64,000 nucleotides of DNA from Candidatus Spongiisociaceae bacterium (lineage in GTDB: Bacteria; Actinomycetota; Acidimicrobiia; Spongiisociales; Spongiisociaceae), in NCBI GenBank assembly GCA_965243835.1, contig OZ251578.1, positions 732,854 through 796,853 of the forward strand, read 5' to 3'. A program made the translations under genes and the position numbers. This document shows positions 55,582 through 62,886 of this stretch, in pieces (the first letter of the stretch is position 1; every line of letters begins with the position of its first letter). The notes beneath the pieces were generated by a model, which had not been told where the DNA came from, ran no database searches, and saw nothing but the letters and a program-made list of their open reading frames with translations.

Positions 55582-55775
55582 CAAACCAACCTCCCCACCC
55601 ATGGGTGTGGTGGTTGAGTATCCGTTTAGGCCACCGGAGAATCGTTTTTACCATCTTACGTTACTGGGAGGTATGGCCGGTTTGGTAGAGGACGGAGAAC
55701 TGGCTAGGTGTACACAGTCAGTAGGTTGGTTACAGTCTGGTACCAACCTAATTACCGCTTACGCCTTGAAGCCGC

Positions 55776-56294
55776 TTACCGGGTAGCGGTCTCGGCGACG
55801 CGTGCTTTGGCTTCTTCGGCAGATTTGGCTTCTTCAGAGGCTTTTTTAACGGTGTAGGCGACGGTGCCATAGGGGTCGTCGGCGTAGGCGGCGTAGGCGG
55901 CGCAAATGAAGGCGGCGGCTTGGGCGCAGGCGGCGGCGGCGAAGGCAACGGCTTTGTAGGTGGCTTTGACGCGGTCGGCGGCTTCATGGGCTTCGTAGGC
56001 GCGGGTGGCTATAGCGTCGGCGCGGTCGGCGGCACAACGGGCGGCTTTGGCGGCTTCGTAGGCGGCTTCGATGGCGCGATCGTATGTGCCAGCGGCGGCG
56101 TAGGTAGCGGCTTCGGAGACGCGGTCCTCGGCTTTTTTGGCGGCTTCGGCGGCTTCGGCGTAGGCGGCTTTGGCGTGGTCGGCAGCGAAGCTACCCTTGG
56201 TGTAGTCGGTTTGGATGGCGTCGCGGCCAGCTTTGGCGGCTTTGGCGGCGCGGCGGGCCATTTCTTTGGCGGTGGCTATAGCGTTGGCGGTCAT
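55776..56294 (-). CDS. Ala-rich helical protein, no signal peptide
   Basis: 172 aa ORF with a strong AAGGAGGA Shine-Dalgarno. Low-complexity A/E/K/Y composition (AAYAEAAEAAKKAE...). Last gene of a minus-strand cluster. Confidence 0.55.
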   Translation of the reverse strand: MTANAIATAKEMARRAAKAAKAGRDAIQTDYTKGSFAADHAKAAYAEAAEAAKKAEDRVSEAATYAAAGTYDRAIEAAYEAAKAARCAADRADAIATRAYEAHEAADRVKATYKAVAFAAAACAQAAAFICAAYAAYADDPYGTVAYTVKKASEEAKSAEEAKARVAETATR

Positions 56295-56310
56295 GGCGTT
56301 CCTCCTTTTT

Positions 56311-56943
56311 CTAGCAGTCTGTCATGAAGGCGAAGTCGGTTATAGATATTTCCATGACGAACGGTTCGGTGGTTTTTTCAAGTTGAATGTATCCGGCTAG
56401 GGGAGCGTCCGTAGCGGCTATCGCATCAAAGGTCTGTAGCCCGTCGGGTATATTCCCTAGCCGCATCCAACGGCATCCCGCCGGTAGTCGGTAGTGTCCG
56501 GGTTCAATATAACTATAATCATTATCGGTCCATGTGGTATTGTTGGGGTTATATCCGATAAAATATATATTATCCCCCGGAGACTCCAGTTCGCGGTAGC
56601 CTAGTGGATTTTCCCGTGATGGTCTTAGTCTTTCTTCGTTACCGGCTACTAGGAACGAGGCGAATTCGGCTCGGGTTATTCCTTCGTCAAACGCCCGCCA
56701 TAGCACACGGGTCATTTCGGAAGGGCTTATGTTCTGGTCGGGTTTATAGGTACCGTCCCCGTAGCCTATGAACCATCTTTGTTCAGCTACATAGTTGATG
56801 TTATCCAGATGGGGATTGTTAGCGGGGACATCGGAAAATTGTATCTGGGCGACTACCGGAACGGCCAGCAGTACGGCGGCGGCTACCGCTATAATCGTCC
56901 AACTAACGGCGGGTCTTCCCGGTCGGAGGCTAGGTCGTTTCAT
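56311..56943 (-). CDS. secreted protein: SLH-like module plus small C-terminal domain ending in Cys
   Basis: Signal peptide ...LAVPVVAQ then IQFSDVPANNPHLDNINYVAEQRWFIGYGDGTYKPDQNISPSEMTRVLWRAF. C-terminus ...CRWMRLGNIPDG...FDAIAATDAPLAGYIQLE...FMTDC. ATG at 56943 is preceded by GAAGGGAAA. Confidence 0.7.
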   Translation of the reverse strand: MKRPSLRPGRPAVSWTIIAVAAAVLLAVPVVAQIQFSDVPANNPHLDNINYVAEQRWFIGYGDGTYKPDQNISPSEMTRVLWRAFDEGITRAEFASFLVAGNEERLRPSRENPLGYRELESPGDNIYFIGYNPNNTTWTDNDYSYIEPGHYRLPAGCRWMRLGNIPDGLQTFDAIAATDAPLAGYIQLEKTTEPFVMEISITDFAFMTDC

Positions 56944-56966
56944 CGTATTTCCCTTCTTCGGTTCGT

Positions 56967-57671
56967 CTAACATTGTACCATGAAGGCGGTGTCGGTTGGT
57001 TCTATTCTAATAATATATGGTTGCCACGTGCTTTCAAGTTGAATGTGTCCGGCTAGGGGAGCGTCCGTAGCGGCTATCGTATCAAAGTTCTGTCCCCCTT
57101 CGGGTATATAACCTAACCGCATCCAACGACAGGCCTTGTCTACAGTACGATACCCCCACCCTCTATTATACACATGACAGGGATACCCGGGGGTGGTGGC
57201 AGCGCAATATCTTTCCGGCCCCTCGCCCCTTATTCGGATGCGTCCGGGTGAAATATAGTTCAATCCTTCCCTTCTTTCTTCGCCGGGCTTTTCAACTATG
57301 TATAGACCCGTTCTGACTACGAGGTTTCGGTAATCGGGAGTTTCTTTTATTCTTTGTCGCCATTCGTTTCCGGCGGTCATAAACGACGCGAATTCCGCCC
57401 GTGTTATCCCTTCTTCAAACGCCCGCGTTAGCACATTAGTCATCTGGGCGGGGGTTATTTTCTGGTCGGGTTTATAGGTACCGTCCCGATAGCCCAAGAA
57501 CCATCTTTCACCGGCTACATAGTTGATATCATCCCGGTGGGGGTTATCGCCAGCGACATCGGAAAATTGTATCTGGGCGAAGACGGGGACGGCTAGCAAG
57601 ACAGCGGCGGCTACGGCTATGGCCGTCCAACGGACGGGTCTGCTCGCTCGGAAGGCTCGTTTAATCTTCAT
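56967..57671 (-). CDS. secreted protein, paralog of 56311..56943
   Basis: Same signal peptide and SLH module, same C-terminal CRWMRLGYIPEG...FDTIAATDAPLAGHIQLE...FMVQC. ATG at 57671 is preceded by GAAAGGGA. Confidence 0.7.
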   Translation of the reverse strand: MKIKRAFRASRPVRWTAIAVAAAVLLAVPVFAQIQFSDVAGDNPHRDDINYVAGERWFLGYRDGTYKPDQKITPAQMTNVLTRAFEEGITRAEFASFMTAGNEWRQRIKETPDYRNLVVRTGLYIVEKPGEERREGLNYISPGRIRIRGEGPERYCAATTPGYPCHVYNRGWGYRTVDKACRWMRLGYIPEGGQNFDTIAATDAPLAGHIQLESTWQPYIIRIEPTDTAFMVQC

Positions 57672-57715
57672 CAGGTTCCCTTTCAATGGTTAACCGTCAT
57701 ATGGTACGGGTCGGG

Positions 57716-57982
57716 CTATCCCCTCCATCGTGCCATGGCAGCACCAAAACACATAATCCCAAGCACTTCCACGACTCGGCTCAAGTTTGCCCATAAAGAG
57801 GGTGGAGCTTCGTCTACGGAGGTAAATAAATATAGGACGATCGATCCGATCACCAAAGAGAAACCCAACCAAGCAAACACCTTGTCAATGGGGGCTTCGC
57901 CCTTTCGCTCGTTGGTGCAACCACTGTCCGTGCTGCCTTGGCAGTTGCACGAGTCGGACTTTGCGTTAATTTTGATCTTCAT
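57716..57982 (-). CDS. small membrane protein with Cys-rich N-terminus
   Basis: 88 aa. AGGAGGA Shine-Dalgarno 6 nt upstream of the ATG at 57982. N-terminus SDSCNCQGSTDSGC followed by two hydrophobic segments. Confidence 0.5.
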   Translation of the reverse strand: MKIKINAKSDSCNCQGSTDSGCTNERKGEAPIDKVFAWLGFSLVIGSIVLYLFTSVDEAPPSLWANLSRVVEVLGIMCFGAAMARWRG

Positions 57983-58463
57983 TGTCGTCCTCCTTGGGGC
58001 GGCTTGATTGAATTGTCGATGGGAATATGCCAAATCTTGATAAGACCGTGTTCGTCTTGTCGCGGATTACTTGCCAGGCGGGTACCTGGCGGGTCCGGAG
58101 CTCGCTTGGTGCGAGGCGGCATCCGTTTGCGGCTTTTATGGAGGGGGGATGGTTATCCTCAAGATCGCCCTGCCGGGTGGTTGCGGGTACTGTGGCGATG
58201 TTTCGGGTGTCGCAGTGGGGGTGGGCGGGTTCTGAGGCGGCCCGGCGGCTAGCGCGCATAAGGGCGGACGCGTCGGTGCTTGTGGCACCGATCGGTAAGG
58301 CTCTGGAGGACGACGGCTTCTCGGTAGGGAACCATCCCTCGCTACCGCAACGGCGGTTTGGGGGTTGCCGGGTTGCGCGGGGGAGCCGGGTTTGGGCATC
58401 GGTCGCCATAACGCCTGCGACCGACGTTACGGTCGATGCTACGGCGGCGGGTGGCGGTTTCAT
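57966..58463 (-). CDS. hypothetical protein or degenerate family member downstream of module copy 3
   Basis: ATG at 58463 is preceded by GGAAAGGA and the module. The N-terminus MKPPPAAVAS...GSEGWFP echoes MKLRTAA...AEGWFP of proteins A and B, but the remainder has odd composition. It may be a decayed gene. Confidence 0.3.
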   Translation of the reverse strand: MKPPPAAVASTVTSVAGVMATDAQTRLPRATRQPPNRRCGSEGWFPTEKPSSSRALPIGATSTDASALMRASRRAASEPAHPHCDTRNIATVPATTRQGDLEDNHPPSIKAANGCRLAPSELRTRQVPAWQVIRDKTNTVLSRFGIFPSTIQSSRPKEDDNEDQN

Positions 58464-58485
58464 CGGTCCTTTCCTGTCGCTCTTA

Positions 58486-58644
58486 GTGGATGTTGGCGAT
58501 AACGCTACCCCCCCCCCCGTTTTGTCAAATTGAGATCGTCTGCGTCGGGGATCCGGGGGTGGGCAGGTGACCGAAATTGGGCTATATCCTGGGGTTATGC
58601 AGAATTTTGGGGGGGCGGGCGTCCTCTCTTTTTTCTTGTTCTGA
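58486..58644 (-). promoter_or_regulatory. conserved upstream module copy 3 (TTGACA at 58523-58528, G11 at 58508-58518, TAGCGT at 58502-58507)
   Basis: Full-length version of the module, collinear with copy 4 over about 155 bp. Confidence 0.5.
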
Positions 58645-58947
58645 TCCGGGCGGGAACCATTTTTTCTGAGGCCAAGCGGGGCGCTTCGCGCTGGGCGCGT
58701 CCTCCCGTTTGCGGACTGCTTGGTGGGTGCGGGTGGGTCGGGCGGCGGGGCCGGGGAGGGTGATTTACGGCTCTGTGCGAGGAGCGGTGCGGGTGAAGGA
58801 GGGGTAACAAATCGCGGGTGGCTGACAGAGGTAGAGGGGTCCCGGGTTGGTGCGTGCGGAAGCGGGAGAGCCGTTATAGCTATAGCGCGGAAGGGGAGGC
58901 CGGGTTGGTGGACAGGTCTTCCCATCCTGGTACTTCCCCGGGGCGGG

Positions 58948-59064
58948 TCACCCCGTAGGCGGAGTACACAAGCCCTCCACGACCGGCTCCACTGCTACCA
59001 CAACCTCCGAGCCCACATAGGCCTTGGAGGAAAACCACCAACCGGCAGACTGTCAACAACCTAG
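58948..59064 (+). pseudogene. C-terminal remnant of an IS481/IS3-type integrase (transposase)
   Basis: SPRRRSTQALHDRLHCYHNLRAHIGLGGKPPTGRLSTT* parallels the ...WLHHYNHHRPHTALGG(Q/K)PPISRL C-terminus of DDE integrases. No catalytic core is visible upstream. Confidence 0.45.
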
Positions 59065-59126
59065 TGGCCATTTACACCCAGACCACCATCAAATCGGTAC
59101 TGGCTGTAACGTTAGGCTTCCACCAG

Positions 59127-59795
59127 CTATCCTGAGAAGTGTTGATTATATAAGGTCATACCCCGCCATCCGCCGTAGAAGCCGATGCCGCCAACGATAA
59201 TCCAAATTATTATCCCGAATATCGGGAAGCCGCCGGGTACCGGGAAGCCGTCCCCCGCTATGAGAAGACGGGAAAGCATTCCGGTTAGCGGGGCTTCCGC
59301 CGCCGATACGGCCGCCGATGCCGCTACCGCTTCCGCTTCCGCCGCCGCCGCTACCTCCGATACTATTTCCGGGTTCGTCGCCGCCATCGCCGCCTGCATC
59401 GCCTTTTCCGCTTCCGTTATCGCCGCCGTTTTCGCTATCTCTTCCGCCGCTTCCGCCGATGCCGCTACCGCTTCCGCTACCGCCGCTTCCGCTACCGCCA
59501 CGATATTCGGGTTCGCCGCCGTTTCCCATGCGGCTTCTTCCGCTACCTCCTCCACTATTTCCGGTTGGGCTATCTCCATTGACGGCAGGCTTCTCCTCCG
59601 TTCCAGTGCTACCGCTTCCGCCGCCACTTCCGCTACCGCTTCCCCCACCGTCGCCGCTTCCGCTTCCGCCGCCGGGCTTAGCCACCATTCATCCGGTTGC
59701 AAAGGGGAAAATATTCCGTAAAGATAAATTACCAGTCCGGCAAAGAACAGCAGGCCGCCGCCCGCTATTCCCCCGGTTATCCACTTTCGTTCCAT
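59127..59795 (-). CDS. membrane protein with N- and C-terminal TM segments and an Ala/Glu-rich repeat core
   Basis: MERKWITGGIAGGGLLFFAGLVIYLY..., repeated (A/E)AVAE/AAEA units with NP(N/E)IV punctuation, and C-terminus FPIFGIIIWIIVGGIGFYGGW. The alternative ATG at 59819 adds 8 aa. Confidence 0.55.
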   Translation of the reverse strand: MERKWITGGIAGGGLLFFAGLVIYLYGIFSPLQPDEWWLSPAAEAEAATVGEAVAEVAAEAVALERRRSLPSMEIAQPEIVEEVAEEAAWETAANPNIVAVAEAAVAEAVAASAEAAEEIAKTAAITEAEKAMQAAMAATNPEIVSEVAAAAEAEAVAASAAVSAAEAPLTGMLSRLLIAGDGFPVPGGFPIFGIIIWIIVGGIGFYGGWRGMTLYNQHFSG

Positions 59796-59827
59796 TCGGA
59801 AATCCCTTTCTATCCGCATCCGTCTTA

Positions 59828-59979
59828 GTGGATGTTGGCGAAAACGCTACCCCCCCCGTTTTGTCAAATTGAGATCGTCCGCGACGGGGGTCCGGAGAGG
59901 GCGGGGGGACCGAAATTGGGCTATATGCTGGGATTATGCGGGATTTTGGGGGGCGGGCGCGCTCTCTTTTTCTTGTTCC
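59828..59979 (-). promoter_or_regulatory. conserved upstream module copy 4 (TTGACA at 59862-59867, G8 at 59850-59857, TAGCGT at 59844-59849)
   Basis: Same module with a shorter G run. It abuts the 3' end of topA. Confidence 0.5.
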
Positions 59980-59998
59980 GAGGCGGGGGTCGCTGGGG

Positions 59999-62632
59999 TT
60001 AGTTGGAGCTTCTCCGGCGGGGGGTGCGGGGTTTGGGGGGCCACTTGCCGTCGGCTTTCATTTTTTGGCGACGGGACTCCAATAGTTCCGCGGCTCGTTG
60101 TTGGGTCAGGCCCTCCACCGTGTCGTTTTTGCGCAGGCTGGCGTTTACTACCCCGTCGGTTACGTAGAGTCCGAAGCGGCCGTCTTTGACCAGCACCGTG
60201 CCGCCCGACTCGGGGTCGGGGCCCAACTCTTTCAGCGGGGGGGCGGCGCTTCGGCCCTGGCCGCGGGCCGGTTTGGGTTGTTTGAACAGGGCGACCGCCT
60301 CCTCCAGGGTTATGTCCAGGATTTGCCGTTCGGAAACCAGGTTGCGGGTTTCGGAACCCATCATTAAATAAGGGCCGTAGCGTCCGTTGTTGGCGATGAT
60401 CGCCTCCCCGGTGTCGGGGTGGGGGCCCACCTCCCGGGGGATGGACAGAAGGCGCAGGGCGTCGTCCAGGCTCAACGCGTCCAGTTCCATATCCTTGAAC
60501 AGGGAGGCCCGCCGGGGTTTGCTTTTGGCTCCTTTGGCGCCGGCGCCGCCCTCCCCCAGTTGCACGTAGGGTCCGTAGCGTCCGGTCAGGCCCAGCACCA
60601 CCTCGCCGGTGTCGGGGTCGGTGCCCAGGATTTTCTGGGAGGGGGCCTCCAGCAGTTCCGCCGCCCGCTCCAAGGTGAGTTCGTCCGGGGGCAGGTCGGG
60701 GGGGATGGAAGCCGAGGCGTCCCCCCGGGTCAGGAAAGGCCCGTAGCGTCCCACCCTGGCGTACACCGACCGCCCCATTTCGTCGTCGCCGATGTGGAGG
60801 TTCAGTTTCTCGTAGTCGATGCGGCCCGTGTTCTCCTCCGAAACCATCGTCCGCAACCCGGGGGCGCCGTTGCCGTAGAAGAAGCGGCGCAACCAGGGGG
60901 CCCGGCTCTCCTCGCCCCGGGCGATCCGGTCCAGGTCGTCTTCCATGCGGGCCGTGAAATCCAAATCCACCAACTCCTGGAAGTAATTTTCCAAAAGGGC
61001 CACGGTGGTGAAAGCCGTAAAAGAGGGGACCAGGGCCGCCTCCTTTTTCCAGACGTATTCGCGGTCGATGATGCGGCTGATGATGCTGGCGTAAGTGGAG
61101 GGGCGTCCGATGCCCCGCTCCTCCAGTTCTTTCACCAACGTGGCCTCCGTGAATCGGGCGGGGGGTTTGGTGCGATGGTGCTTGGCCGTAACTTCCCGGG
61201 CGGTGGTCGGATCTCCCTCCGCCAGGTCGGGCAACAGGCGCTCCCGATCCTCCAGTTCCGCCTCCGGGTCGTCGGCGCCCGCCACGTAGGCCCGCAGAAA
61301 ACCGGGGAAGGTGATGGTCTTTCCGGAAGCGGTGAACTCCAACTCCGTGCCCCGGGCGGTCGTCCCGGCCAGGACCATTTTGGTGGTGGAGCCGCGGGCG
61401 GAGGCCATCTGCGAGGCCAGGGTGCGGTTCCAAATCAGTTCGTACACCGCCTGCTGATCCTTGTCCCCGATGTCCGCCGCCGCTTGCCGGGGGTCGCGCC
61501 ACCTCTCCCCGGCGGGGCGGATCGCTTCGTGGGCCTCTTGGGCGTTTTTGGCCTTGGTCGCGTAGTTGCGGGGCTTGGCGGACAGGTATTCGGAACCGAA
61601 TCGTTCCCGGATGATGCTGCGGGCCTGCTCCACCGCCCCCGGGGCCAGGGTGGTGCTGTCGGTGCGCATATAGGTGATGAACCCTTTTTCGTACAAGCCC
61701 TGGGCGGCCCGCATGGTGCGGGCGGCGTTGAAGCGCCGTTTGCGCGAGGCCTCCTGTTGCAAGGTGGAGGTGCGGAAAGGGGGGTAGGGGTTGCGGGTGT
61801 AGGGTTTTCTTTCCACCGACCGCACCGGAAAGTCCCGCCCCTGCGCCTCCTCGGCCAAGGCCGCGGCCCGGTCGGCGTCCAACTGCGCCGCCCGGGGGTT
61901 GGTCATCTCCCCCTGCGCGTTGAAATCCTTGCCGCCGACGGGGGCGGCCCCGTCGATGGAGGACAGGCGGGCGGTCAGGGACTCATCGCTCGGGGCGGCG
62001 AACACCCCCTCCAAACTCCACCAGTCCGCCGACCGGTGCGCCATGCGCGCCCGCTCCCGTTGCACCACCATCCGCACCGCCACGCTCTGCACCCGCCCCG
62101 CCGACAGGCCGGACTTGACCTTGGCCCACAGCACCGGCGACACGCCCCACCCCACCAGCCGGTCCAGGGTGCGGCGGGCTTCCTGGGCGTCCACCAGGTC
62201 CTGGTCGATGGCGCGGGGGTTGGCCAGGGAGGCCCGGATGGCTTCCCTGGTTATCTCGTGAAACACCATCCGGCGCACCGGCACCTTGGGTTGCAAAACC
62301 TCCACCAGGTGCCAGGCTATGGCCTCCCCCTCCCGGTCCTCGTCGGTGGCCAGGTACAACTCCGAGGCCTCTTTGAGCAGGCCTTTCAGTTCCCTGATGG
62401 TTTTCCGGCTGTTTTCCGACACCACGTACAAGGGCTCGAAATCCCGCTCCACGTTGACGCCCCAGTCCTTGGCCCACGACTGGTCGCGGTAGCTTTCCGG
62501 GATGTCCTTTTTGGAGCCGGGCAGATCGCGCACATGCCCCACCGAGGACGCCACCCGGTAGTCCGGGCCCAGAAAGCGGCCGATGGTGCGGGCCTTGGTC
62601 GGCGACTCGACGATCAACAGTGGTTTGGACAT
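59999..62632 (-). CDS. topA: DNA topoisomerase I (type IA), actinobacterial type with basic repeat-containing C-terminal domain
   Basis: TOPRIM N-terminus LLIVESPTKARTIGRFLG and active-site region GFITYMRTDS. C-terminal repeats GRYGPY... end in a Lys/Arg tail. GAAGGAG Shine-Dalgarno upstream. Confidence 0.95.
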   Translation of the reverse strand: MSKPLLIVESPTKARTIGRFLGPDYRVASSVGHVRDLPGSKKDIPESYRDQSWAKDWGVNVERDFEPLYVVSENSRKTIRELKGLLKEASELYLATDEDREGEAIAWHLVEVLQPKVPVRRMVFHEITREAIRASLANPRAIDQDLVDAQEARRTLDRLVGWGVSPVLWAKVKSGLSAGRVQSVAVRMVVQRERARMAHRSADWWSLEGVFAAPSDESLTARLSSIDGAAPVGGKDFNAQGEMTNPRAAQLDADRAAALAEEAQGRDFPVRSVERKPYTRNPYPPFRTSTLQQEASRKRRFNAARTMRAAQGLYEKGFITYMRTDSTTLAPGAVEQARSIIRERFGSEYLSAKPRNYATKAKNAQEAHEAIRPAGERWRDPRQAAADIGDKDQQAVYELIWNRTLASQMASARGSTTKMVLAGTTARGTELEFTASGKTITFPGFLRAYVAGADDPEAELEDRERLLPDLAEGDPTTAREVTAKHHRTKPPARFTEATLVKELEERGIGRPSTYASIISRIIDREYVWKKEAALVPSFTAFTTVALLENYFQELVDLDFTARMEDDLDRIARGEESRAPWLRRFFYGNGAPGLRTMVSEENTGRIDYEKLNLHIGDDEMGRSVYARVGRYGPFLTRGDASASIPPDLPPDELTLERAAELLEAPSQKILGTDPDTGEVVLGLTGRYGPYVQLGEGGAGAKGAKSKPRRASLFKDMELDALSLDDALRLLSIPREVGPHPDTGEAIIANNGRYGPYLMMGSETRNLVSERQILDITLEEAVALFKQPKPARGQGRSAAPPLKELGPDPESGGTVLVKDGRFGLYVTDGVVNASLRKNDTVEGLTQQRAAELLESRRQKMKADGKWPPKPRTPRRRSSN

Positions 62633-62679
62633 TGTGACTCCTTCAACGCTTTTAATACTTTTTAATGCCCCTGGTGCTT

Positions 62680-62709
62680 TTAATACTCCCCCGGTGCGAC
62701 ATTTGTCAA
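62680..62709 (-). promoter_or_regulatory. candidate topA promoter (TTGACA-18-TATTAA) within a region of repeated TTTTAAT motifs
   Basis: On the minus strand, TTGACA at 62709-62704, an 18 nt spacer, then TATTAA at 62685-62680. GCTTTTAATACT is repeated at 62648-62659 and 62676-62687. Confidence 0.3.
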
Positions 62710-62886
62710 GAAAGGGAAAAACTATGTTACCCGTTTTGCGGGCGGCGCGCGAGCCCGCCGGGTCGTCCCGGCGGATGGCGGATGCGGATCGGCGGGGGCC
62801 GGGGGATGCGTTTCCCCGTTTCCTGGTAGTTTTACCCGGTTACCGACCCGGAGGCCGACCTGTTACGTCGTGGACCCTTCGCCCGC

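Noticed and set aside
55722-55750. 9 bp stem / 11 nt loop hairpin (TAGGTTGGT...ACCAACCTA) between the convergent HNH gene and the Ala-rich protein gene, as a possible bidirectional terminator
   Set aside because: The stem is real in the sequence, but it is short and AT/GC-mixed, and no U-tract follows it on either strand. That is insufficient for a terminator call.
52092-59872. Four plus-strand ORFs that all end in ...NATPPPVLSN (52092..52280, 53940..54128, 58027..58533, 59318..59872), which at first looked like a conserved peptide
   Set aside because: The shared C-terminus is simply the conserved upstream module, including the C run giving PPP, read on the non-coding strand. The ORF bodies are antisense to the envelope-protein genes.
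52233-59979. Could the four repeated modules be a CRISPR array or a MITE family?
   Set aside because: The copies are 1.8-4.4 kb apart, all in the same orientation, and each immediately precedes a gene start. I saw no short regular spacers and no terminal inverted repeats. A promoter or 5' regulatory module is the better description.
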